A stretch of 42,601 bases of DNA from positions 1-42,601 of the forward strand of contig JAZDIV010000027.1 in assembly GCA_043804695.1 (NCBI GenBank), given 5' to 3'. Under the pieces are notes generated by a model. That model had not been told where the DNA came from. It saw nothing but the letters and a program-made list of their open reading frames with translations, and did no database searches. How positions within the stretch are numbered: the stretch's first letter is position 1; every line of letters starts with the position of its first letter. Both the position numbers and the translations under genes were made by a program. Source of the stretch: PVC group bacterium (GTDB lineage: Bacteria; Auribacterota; Erginobacteria; Erginobacterales; Erginobacteraceae). This document shows positions 32,835 to 40,744 of the stretch, in pieces.

Positions 32835-35258
32835 TTGACTTCACGATTCACTACATTCGACCGGGTCGCGGCGCTCCTGATCGCGATTTTGGGGATTGTC
32901 CTCTTCCTGGTCTGGGCGCGCTTCCCCGAATACAAGTCATTTGCCCAGGGAGACCCTTATCTCGATGCCAACCAGTACATCCCCGGGAAGAACTTCGCCG
33001 CCCGGGGCTTTCTCCGGGAGTACCTTCTGGCCGATTACGCCAGCGGCCCGGAAGAGTGCTACCCGCTCTGGTACACTCACAACCCCCCCCTGTCGGAAAT
33101 TCTGAGCGGTCTTTACCACCGGTTCGGTCTTCGGGAGATATCACAGCAGCGGATCATCGCCATTTTCTGGAACCTGATCGGCGCCGGATTCTTCTATCTC
33201 CTTCTCAAACAGCTGGCCTCCCCCCGCACCGCCCTCTTCAGCCTGGCGATCTTCATCTCCAACCCCCTCTACATCGCCTGGGGCGACAACCTCTTCACCA
33301 ATCACCAGTGGGCGTTCGCCTTCGCGAGCATGTACTTTTTTCTCCGGTCTATCGACGCGGCAAAATCTCCAGAAAACGGCAATATCTGTGATGATCGCAC
33401 TGAACCGGGGAATGGTGCGCAGTGTCCTTCTTTTACCAATCGATTATCGGGGTTAAAAACCCCTCCCACAGATACTAATCCGGGATTCCCAAATCCCGAC
33501 ATTTTTCTGGGATTGGCCGCCCTCTTTTTCTTCCTCCTCTGTTATTCCAACTATGAGTACGTCCCCTTCGCCGCCATCTTCTTCATCGGGGTCAGGCTCT
33601 TGAAAATCCGGAGAACCCCCTGGTCCCGGATTATCCTCCTGATGGGGGCCGGGCTGGCAGCCGTCATCATCCACCAGCTTTGCGTCATCCGGGCGGTGGG
33701 GGTGAGTTACTGGCTGATGGACAAAACCGAATCGCTTCTCCACCGGACCGGTATGGGTGTAACCTCGCTCATGGACCTTTACCGGACGGCGCCCCTGTTG
33801 ATGTGGGAGGAGCAGGCACGGCTCCACGGCAGTTACACTCTTTCCTCATACTGGCAAGGTTTTTTCGTACATCTGGAAAATCTGTTCGGGCTCGGGTGGT
33901 CGGCGGTATTTATCGCCGCCTGCGTCTTCGCCCGCTATCTTCTCCCGGGTGACGCGGCCGATCGAAAGAAACTGTTGCGGGCCGTTATCCTCTTCTTCGC
34001 GATAAGCGTCTTCTGGTTCATCGCCTTCGTCCAGCACACCGCCGATCACCAGTGGGGGTCAACCGTCCTCCTTTTCGGCCCTTTTGCCGCTTTCCTTTAC
34101 GGGGCGGTCCTGGACGGCCTCTATGTCAATTTCGTCCGGCAAAATAACCGGGTCTGGAAAGTGATCGGCCTGATCGTGACTGCGGCCCTGCTGGCCGGCC
34201 TGATCCGGGGCAGAGTGAGGAATTATCGTCCCTTCCAGGCGTATCCCGGCATCGCCGCCCTGAAAAAATACCCGGGAAAAATTTTTATAACCAGCTCCAT
34301 TCCGACACTCGTCTCCACCTATACCGGCATGCCGGCCGGATGGCTGGGGAGCAACCATTCCGCGCTCATGTTCAGCCGTTCTCGGTACCTGGTCAATCCC
34401 CGATGTCCGCTTCCCCTGGAACCCGAATTTTTTTTCTCCCCCCGGCATCCCGAAGACCCCGCTTTCGCGCAGCGGATTGACGCCTGGCTGGGCGATCGTT
34501 TCGAGATCGAGGAAAAAGGTGTGGATTTCACGATCTACAACCTGAAAAGGCCGCTCGGGGAGCCGGACCTTGATGCCGTGGATCGTCAGCGGTATCAGGA
34601 AATCCGGTATGAGCTGCCCCGGGCAGTTGCAGCACGCTTGCAAGCACGCGGGCAATCCCTCCACCGGGGCCGGCCTCCACGGTCTCTCAGAAGCGAACCG
34701 GGGATCGCGGAACGGATTGCCCGGAGGCTGTCCGGGGGTGCGGGGAAACCGGATGATGCGGCAAAGAGGAAAAAGACCGCTCCCGTTCCGGTTGAGCCGG
34801 TGAGCGGGAACATCTTCGCTCTTCCCTTACGGATTGAGGCCAGCTCATTTAACAGCCCGAACGAGCCGGTATGGAATCTCTGCAGGCCCAACCCCGGCTC
34901 CTACTGGCATGTCTCACTGGAGAAGGTCGGCCAGGCGGCCTGGGTCACGGTTGACCTCGGCGAGGACCGGGCCGCGGCCGTCAACTTCATCAGGACCCGG
35001 CCCCGGCCCGATATCCGGAAGCAGTATTTCAAAACTGCGGTCATCCAGGGAAGCCGGGACGGTGAAAGCTGGGAAGATATCGCCGCGGTTATTGAGGATG
35101 AGGTCCCGTCATCGGCCGACTGGAGGGGATGGGCCTTTGAGAATGCCACCCCGTATCGTTTCTACCGGTTTTTTATCATCGACGGCCATGAGGAAAACGG
35201 CGCCTTTTATTCCCTGGGGGCGCTGGAGATGTACCGGGTTGAAGAAGCCGGAAAATGA
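32835..35258 (+). CDS. GT-C (ArnT/PMT-like) membrane glycosyltransferase with a C-terminal F5/8 type C domain
   Basis: Y.D.......NF...G...WYTHNPPL loop and multiple TM segments. The C-terminal domain is similar to the 29778-30371 protein. Confidence 0.7.
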   Translation: MTSRFTTFDRVAALLIAILGIVLFLVWARFPEYKSFAQGDPYLDANQYIPGKNFAARGFLREYLLADYASGPEECYPLWYTHNPPLSEILSGLYHRFGLREISQQRIIAIFWNLIGAGFFYLLLKQLASPRTALFSLAIFISNPLYIAWGDNLFTNHQWAFAFASMYFFLRSIDAAKSPENGNICDDRTEPGNGAQCPSFTNRLSGLKTPPTDTNPGFPNPDIFLGLAALFFFLLCYSNYEYVPFAAIFFIGVRLLKIRRTPWSRIILLMGAGLAAVIIHQLCVIRAVGVSYWLMDKTESLLHRTGMGVTSLMDLYRTAPLLMWEEQARLHGSYTLSSYWQGFFVHLENLFGLGWSAVFIAACVFARYLLPGDAADRKKLLRAVILFFAISVFWFIAFVQHTADHQWGSTVLLFGPFAAFLYGAVLDGLYVNFVRQNNRVWKVIGLIVTAALLAGLIRGRVRNYRPFQAYPGIAALKKYPGKIFITSSIPTLVSTYTGMPAGWLGSNHSALMFSRSRYLVNPRCPLPLEPEFFFSPRHPEDPAFAQRIDAWLGDRFEIEEKGVDFTIYNLKRPLGEPDLDAVDRQRYQEIRYELPRAVAARLQARGQSLHRGRPPRSLRSEPGIAERIARRLSGGAGKPDDAAKRKKTAPVPVEPVSGNIFALPLRIEASSFNSPNEPVWNLCRPNPGSYWHVSLEKVGQAAWVTVDLGEDRAAAVNFIRTRPRPDIRKQYFKTAVIQGSRDGESWEDIAAVIEDEVPSSADWRGWAFENATPYRFYRFFIIDGHEENGAFYSLGALEMYRVEEAGK
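33446..33470. repeat. Single GTGGGAGGG-family REP arm inside the CDS
   Basis: ATCGGGGTTAAAAACCCCTCCCACA, matching 17636-17660. Translated as LSGLKTPPT. Confidence 0.75.
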
Positions 35259-35270
35259 TCCAAAGCGTTG

Positions 35271-35310
35271 GATCGGACTGATCGGTCAGATCCGACCGAT
35301 CCGACCGATT
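35271..35310. repeat. 9-mer array with an internal inversion
   Basis: GATCGGACT GATCGGTCA GATCCGACC GATCCGACC GATT. Confidence 0.75.
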
Positions 35311-35380
35311 AAACAAGCCCGAAACACGATCAAGGAAAAGCCGGCATGAATTCTCGAGCAGAGCGAGTTCATTTACTGCC

Positions 35381-38300
35381 ATGAGCTTAATTAAAAAACT
35401 ATCTCTCCTCGCCCCCCTCATCCTGATCGTGCTTTTGATCGTTCTGGCCTACAGCAATATCGTCATCCTCGGCCGCTCCCTCAACCCTATTCTTTTGATC
35501 CCGCCGGATGACATCAAGCTCTCCACCGGCTACGCCGACATCTTCGGCACTCCTGACCGCACCCACGGCTGGCACGTCGACCTGGCCAACCCGGCCTACC
35601 TTGAATGGCCGGTCAATATTTTTATCGGGCGTTCTCTCAAGGCCGGGCACATACCTCTGGTCCTGCCGTATCAGAATCTGGGGGTCCCCCTGATCGGCCA
35701 GTACTGCCACCGGGTCCTCTCTCCCTACCAGATGGTCGAGAACCTCCTTTTCCCCCGGGGGTATGATTTCTTCATTGTTCTCCGTCTGATCCTGGCCGGC
35801 TGGTTTACCTTTCTTTTTGTCCGCTCGCTCTGCGTGAAGACCGTTTCCGCGCTGCTGGCCGCGGTCGGTTACGGCCTGGGGAGCGTCATGGTCATCTACT
35901 CCAACCACGAAGAGGTCTCCAACGTGGCGATGACGCTGCCCCTCCTGATGTGGGCGGTCCGGGCTTTCTTCGATCGTCCCGGCCTCCGGCGGGGATGCTG
36001 GCTGGCCCTGGCCCTGGCCCTGGTCCACACCGCCGGCCAGCCCGAGGTCCAGCTCTATCTCCTTTTTCTGGCCTTTCTCTACGGACTGATGCGGCTGATT
36101 TGCCTTCCTCCCGGGGTTCGAAAATCCGCCCTCATTTACTGCCTGGCCGCGATTCTTTTCAGCGCGGTGATCGCGGCGCCCCAGATCCTGCTCTTTCTCC
36201 TTTTCCACCAGGAAGCGTGGACCTTTCATCCCCCGGGCGGCAACCTGGGGCTCCAGTCGCCGATGAGGATCGACAACTTTCTCTTCACCCTCTTCCCCAA
36301 GCTCCGCCAGACCCCTTATCCGTGGTCCTACCGGACCATCAACCTCCTCTGGGACTGGGTCGGGGGCTACTTCGGTTTCGGCCTGCTCTTCCTCGCCGCC
36401 GCCTCCGCCCGGAGACCGCGCCGGAACCGGCGCGAAATCGCCCTTTTCGGTTTTTATTTCCTCTTTATTCTGGCCAAAAATCTCGGCTGGAGCCCGGCCC
36501 AGATGCTCGGGCTGCTGCCTTCCTTCGACCAGACCTGGAGCCCGCGCTGGGCGGCCGCGACCTGGAGTTTCGCGCTGGCGGTCCTGGCCGGTCTCGGCTT
36601 GGACAATCTCCTCAATCAATGTTCGTCAGATGAGGTTACAAAACCGCGACGGCAACCCCGGGGGGAGGGAAGATTCACTTCCTGTCTTGCCAATCCCCTC
36701 GTGTCATCGGCTTTCCTCTTTGCCGCCATCATCCTGGCGATCGTCTTCTGGCGGCAGGGGCGGATCCAGTGGGAGGCGGAGCGCCTCCGGGAGTATGTCT
36801 TATTCAACGGTCTTCTCTTCTTTTACCTTTCGGCGGCCGCGGTCCTGACGTACTGCATCCTCCCCCGGCCGGTAAAGAATCATCTCCGCGAGACCGTCGG
36901 GGCGGTCCGGCGCGCGCTCGTCTACGACCAGATCGGCATGATCGCCCTCCTTTCCGCCGTCGCCTTTGCCGCGGCGCGGTGGTTTCCCCCTCAGCACTAC
37001 TTCTTCGCGGGGCCGGAGCCCGTCACCGCCTATCTTTTTGCCGCGCCGGTCCTCATTGCCTCCTTATTCGGCCTTTTTTACATGGCCGCCGCCCCCTCTC
37101 ATCCCGGAACGGCCGTCTTATCCGCCGTCGCCATCCCCTCGGTCTTCCTCGGCGGCTGGGCCGAACTGCCGACGGGAGCCGTCCCGGTCATCTACGGGGT
37201 TCTCCTCGGGCTGGCGGTTCTCTCTTTTCCCGTCCTCAGCGGAAAACCAAAGATTTTACGGGTCATCCTGCCCGTCTTCTCGCTCCCCCTTCTTGGCGGG
37301 CTGGTCGCTCTGAACCAGACCGCCGCCCATTTCCCTACTCCCGAGGCCGAGTGGATACTCCGCCTCCATTGCTATTTCGCGGCAGTCCTGCTGGCGGCGC
37401 TCTCGTTTTTAAGATTGCGGCCTCTCCGGGAGAACGCCGGATCCGGGTGGTTCTTTCTCATCCTGATCTGGATGGAATTGACGATTTACATACCGAAGAA
37501 TCACGGCGATCGATATCTTCTGGTTGATGCCATCCCTTTCCTGATTACCGCGGCGGCGATCCTCGGTTGTGCCGTCTGGTTCCGGCTGTCGCCGCCCTCC
37601 GCCCGGAGACTGCCGATCTGCCTTTCGGCAATCTTCCTGCTCGGCGGCGCCTCCCTGCTGGTGATTGAGAGCGCTGCCTTTAGGCATCTGCCGGAGAGAT
37701 GCACTCCCGGAAAACCCCTGCCGTTTATCACCTATCTTCAAGATGAAAACCCGGGCGCCCTGACCGGCATCGGGAAAATTCTCTTCCCCAATTTTGCCTC
37801 CGCTTACGGCCTTTCCGACCTGCGGGGTTGTGTCTCCATGAACACGAAAGCCTACCAGTTCTTTCTCGAGAATATTCTCCAGGCGGTTCCCCGGGGCAAC
37901 AGCTACTCCCTCTGGTTCACCGGGGACAACCCCATCCTGAGGAACCTGGGGAACACCTACGGCAGTTCCCGGGATGAGCACGTCCAGGCCTTCACGAGGG
38001 CGTACCCCTTTTACATCCTGGCCGGGGCGAGATACGTCCTCTCTCCCCCGGGCGGGCTGGACGGGATCAGGAGCAGGCCGAACCAGCCCCTGATGAAGAT
38101 CTACGGGGGTGAGGCGGACATCTGGGAGATACCGTCCCTTCCCCCCGCCTACATCGCCCATACGGCGGACGTCATCTCGATGCTCTCCAATACCCGGCGC
38201 TGGGGGACAACCATCGCCAACAGCGAAGAGATCTTGAGGGGGGAACGCGTTGTCCTGGAGGAAGAGCCGGATTCCCCCCTTCCCGGGAGCGGCCCCTCCT

Positions 38301-38746
38301 CCTCCGATCGGGCCCGGTTAATGCTCGGAGAGAATCCCAACCGCTTCCAGATCCGTTTCTACACGGAGCAACCCGGTTATCTGGCCGTCAACCGCGCCTA
38401 TACCAACCTCTTGCGGGCCTACCTCAACGGCGAAGATATCCCTGTCCTCAAAGCCAACGGGCCCTTCATCGCCGTCCCCGTCCCCGGCGGCCGGGAAGAA
38501 CGGGTCATTGAATTCACCTATCTCTCTCCCCCGGTCCGGTGGTCGTTTCTGCTCGGCATGGCGGGATTGCTGGCAGTGGCGGCGGGGCTGGCGGCGGGTG
38601 GGGCCGGGGAAAGGAAAAGGCGGCAGGCAAGCGGTGCGCGACGCTCGGCAGATCGGACTGATCGGTCGGATCGGCCGGATCGGATTGCCCGGGGGAAATC
38701 ACACCATGCACAAAACGCCCGGGACCCCGGCAGGGTCAGAAAATGA
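35381..38746 (+). CDS. Large YfhO-like polytopic GT-C membrane protein
   Basis: GHIPLVLPYQNLGVPL, AGQPE and FPN....YGL.D.RG motifs. C-terminal AYLNGE......ANG.F.AVPVPG....IEFTY followed by a TM segment. Confidence 0.72.
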   Translation: MSLIKKLSLLAPLILIVLLIVLAYSNIVILGRSLNPILLIPPDDIKLSTGYADIFGTPDRTHGWHVDLANPAYLEWPVNIFIGRSLKAGHIPLVLPYQNLGVPLIGQYCHRVLSPYQMVENLLFPRGYDFFIVLRLILAGWFTFLFVRSLCVKTVSALLAAVGYGLGSVMVIYSNHEEVSNVAMTLPLLMWAVRAFFDRPGLRRGCWLALALALVHTAGQPEVQLYLLFLAFLYGLMRLICLPPGVRKSALIYCLAAILFSAVIAAPQILLFLLFHQEAWTFHPPGGNLGLQSPMRIDNFLFTLFPKLRQTPYPWSYRTINLLWDWVGGYFGFGLLFLAAASARRPRRNRREIALFGFYFLFILAKNLGWSPAQMLGLLPSFDQTWSPRWAAATWSFALAVLAGLGLDNLLNQCSSDEVTKPRRQPRGEGRFTSCLANPLVSSAFLFAAIILAIVFWRQGRIQWEAERLREYVLFNGLLFFYLSAAAVLTYCILPRPVKNHLRETVGAVRRALVYDQIGMIALLSAVAFAAARWFPPQHYFFAGPEPVTAYLFAAPVLIASLFGLFYMAAAPSHPGTAVLSAVAIPSVFLGGWAELPTGAVPVIYGVLLGLAVLSFPVLSGKPKILRVILPVFSLPLLGGLVALNQTAAHFPTPEAEWILRLHCYFAAVLLAALSFLRLRPLRENAGSGWFFLILIWMELTIYIPKNHGDRYLLVDAIPFLITAAAILGCAVWFRLSPPSARRLPICLSAIFLLGGASLLVIESAAFRHLPERCTPGKPLPFITYLQDENPGALTGIGKILFPNFASAYGLSDLRGCVSMNTKAYQFFLENILQAVPRGNSYSLWFTGDNPILRNLGNTYGSSRDEHVQAFTRAYPFYILAGARYVLSPPGGLDGIRSRPNQPLMKIYGGEADIWEIPSLPPAYIAHTADVISMLSNTRRWGTTIANSEEILRGERVVLEEEPDSPLPGSGPSSSDRARLMLGENPNRFQIRFYTEQPGYLAVNRAYTNLLRAYLNGEDIPVLKANGPFIAVPVPGGREERVIEFTYLSPPVRWSFLLGMAGLLAVAAGLAAGGAGERKRRQASGARRSADRTDRSDRPDRIARGKSHHAQNARDPGRVRK
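38651..38686 (+). repeat. 9-mer array in the C-terminal tail of the 1121-aa CDS
   Basis: GATCGGACT GATCGGTCG GATCGGCCG GATCGGATT, translated as DRTDRSDRPDRI. Confidence 0.75.
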
Positions 38747-40422
38747 CGGGACCCGATCAAAAACCGGCGGTTCTCCTCTCGGCGGCCGTCCTGATCGCCG
38801 CCGGGGTGCTGGTCTACTGGAACAGCTTCCAGGGGGCTTTTGTCTTTGACGACATCAGGGCGATCGTCAATAACCCCCACATCCGCCAGGTCTTCCCTCT
38901 CGGGCAATCGTTAACCGGGCCCTGGGACAGCACCGTCCGGGACCGGCCGGTGGCAAGTTTCACCCTGGCGTTGAATTACGCCCTGGACGGACTTCGCCCC
39001 CGGGGGTATCACGCCTTCAACCTGGCGGTCCATATCCTGGCCGGATTGGCGCTCTTCGGCATCCTGCGGCGCACCTTCTCTAATCAGATCCTGCCCCCTC
39101 CGGTCAACCGCTCGGCTGATGGGCTGGCCCTGGCGGCATCTCTCCTGTGGCTTGTCCACCCCCTCCAGACCGAGAGCGTCACTTACATCATCCAGCGGAG
39201 CGAATCCCTGGCCGGTCTCTTTTACCTTCTTACGCTGTATTGCTTTATCCGCGGCACTTCCTCGCCGGTCCGCCGGTGCTGGTTAGGAGCCTCCATCCTG
39301 TTCTGCGCGCTCGGTATGGGAACCAAGTCCATGATGATTACCGCGCCGCTGATCGTCCTGGCTTATGACGCGGTTTTTACCTCCCGGTCTCTGAAAAATG
39401 CCCTCAAAAAGCATTGGGCAGTCTTCCTGGCTCTCGGATCCACCTGGACCATCCAGCTCCTGATCATCTCCCGCACCAGTTATGCTGACCTGAAAGGACT
39501 GAGTCCGACAGCCTATTTTATCACCGAACCCGGCGTGATCACCCACCTGATCAGGCTCGCTTTCTGGCCCTACCCGCTCTGCCTCGATTACGGCTGGCCA
39601 TTGTCTCAGAGCATCGGCAGAATTCTTCCTCCGGCACTCTTTATCGGCGGATTACTCTGGGCCACGGTCTGGGCGCTGATAAAACAGCCGACTCTGGGAT
39701 TCGCGGGGGTCTGGTTCTTCCTGACCCTTGCCCCCACTTCAAGTATTCTACCCCTGGAAGATCCGGTCTTTGAACATAGAATCTACCTTCCCCTGGCGGC
39801 AATCGCCACTCTCGTGGTTGTCGGCACATGCAATCTTATCCGCAGGATTCAGAGCAAGAAAAATCGGCGGATGATTTCCCTCTCTTTTGCTCTGGGCGCC
39901 GTTCTTATTCTGGGTTTTCTGACCATGAAGAGGAACGAGCTATACCGGGATCCCCTCGCGCTCTGGCGCGAGATAGCGGCCCTCAGGCCGGAACACGCCC
40001 GTGGCCACTACAACTACGGGCTGGAATTGAGTAAGGCCGGACTGAGCGCCGAAGCCATAGAAGAATACCGGGAAGCAGTACGGCTGAAACCGGATTACGC
40101 GGATGCGTATAATAACCTGGGCGCCGCATTGGCGGATCAGGGCGATTTTATCCAGGCCATCAATTATTACGGACGGGCCGTCCGGGCCCGACCTGACTTC
40201 TGGGTGGCACGCTTCAATATGGGGATGGCCTTTAACAGGCTCGGCAAACACAGAGAAGCCGAGATCTGTTTCCGGGAAGTGACCAGGATCCGCCCTGGTT
40301 ACGCCCCTGCTTTCTACCAGACGGCTGAGTCCCTACGGGAACAGGGTAAAGCTGAAGAGGCGAAAGCATATTACCACCAGGCTCTCCAGCTTAATCCCGA
40401 GCCGGCCCCGGATGCTTTTTAA
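38743..40422 (+). CDS. TMTC-like membrane glycosyltransferase with C-terminal TPRs
   Basis: FVFDD..AI..NP, RPV...T.ALNY, HPLQTESVTYI.QR and EHR.YLP motifs, followed by about four TPRs. Confidence 0.85.
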   Translation: MTGPDQKPAVLLSAAVLIAAGVLVYWNSFQGAFVFDDIRAIVNNPHIRQVFPLGQSLTGPWDSTVRDRPVASFTLALNYALDGLRPRGYHAFNLAVHILAGLALFGILRRTFSNQILPPPVNRSADGLALAASLLWLVHPLQTESVTYIIQRSESLAGLFYLLTLYCFIRGTSSPVRRCWLGASILFCALGMGTKSMMITAPLIVLAYDAVFTSRSLKNALKKHWAVFLALGSTWTIQLLIISRTSYADLKGLSPTAYFITEPGVITHLIRLAFWPYPLCLDYGWPLSQSIGRILPPALFIGGLLWATVWALIKQPTLGFAGVWFFLTLAPTSSILPLEDPVFEHRIYLPLAAIATLVVVGTCNLIRRIQSKKNRRMISLSFALGAVLILGFLTMKRNELYRDPLALWREIAALRPEHARGHYNYGLELSKAGLSAEAIEEYREAVRLKPDYADAYNNLGAALADQGDFIQAINYYGRAVRARPDFWVARFNMGMAFNRLGKHREAEICFREVTRIRPGYAPAFYQTAESLREQGKAEEAKAYYHQALQLNPEPAPDAF

Positions 40423-40562
40423 GATTAATCGGGCAAATTTTGCCTGTCACTTCCCGGGTAAAGGAATTTAATTCTCTGAAAAATCCCCTCTTATTTTATT
40501 ATTGTCGGCAAATACCATTTAATCATGAATAATCGGTATAAAATTCCTTAAAATTAAGATGT

Positions 40563-40578
40563 TGGCACGATTAATGCT
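40563..40578 (+). promoter_or_regulatory. sigma54 (-24/-12) promoter
   Basis: TGGCACG-ATTA-ATGCT with exact GG-N10-GC spacing, in an AT-rich intergenic region. Confidence 0.65.
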
Positions 40579-40614
40579 GTTATTAGTTATATTATAAATA
40601 ATTACTTGGCATTA

Positions 40615-40642
40615 TTGACATTCTTCAGAGTTGTGTTATCTT
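40615..40642 (+). promoter_or_regulatory. Putative sigma70 promoter
   Basis: TTGACA-N16-TATCTT with a TGn extension. Confidence 0.5.
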
Positions 40643-40744
40643 TAAAATATAGCATGCAAACACTTTTTAGGAAGTATTATGTCTAAACATTACAAACAAA
40701 TATTTATTTAAACAGGTTTTAAATCTCCATCGAGGAGGAGAAAA

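Noticed and set aside
35399..36619. 406-aa minus-strand ORF and similar shadow ORFs
   Set aside because: Antisense to well-supported membrane protein genes.
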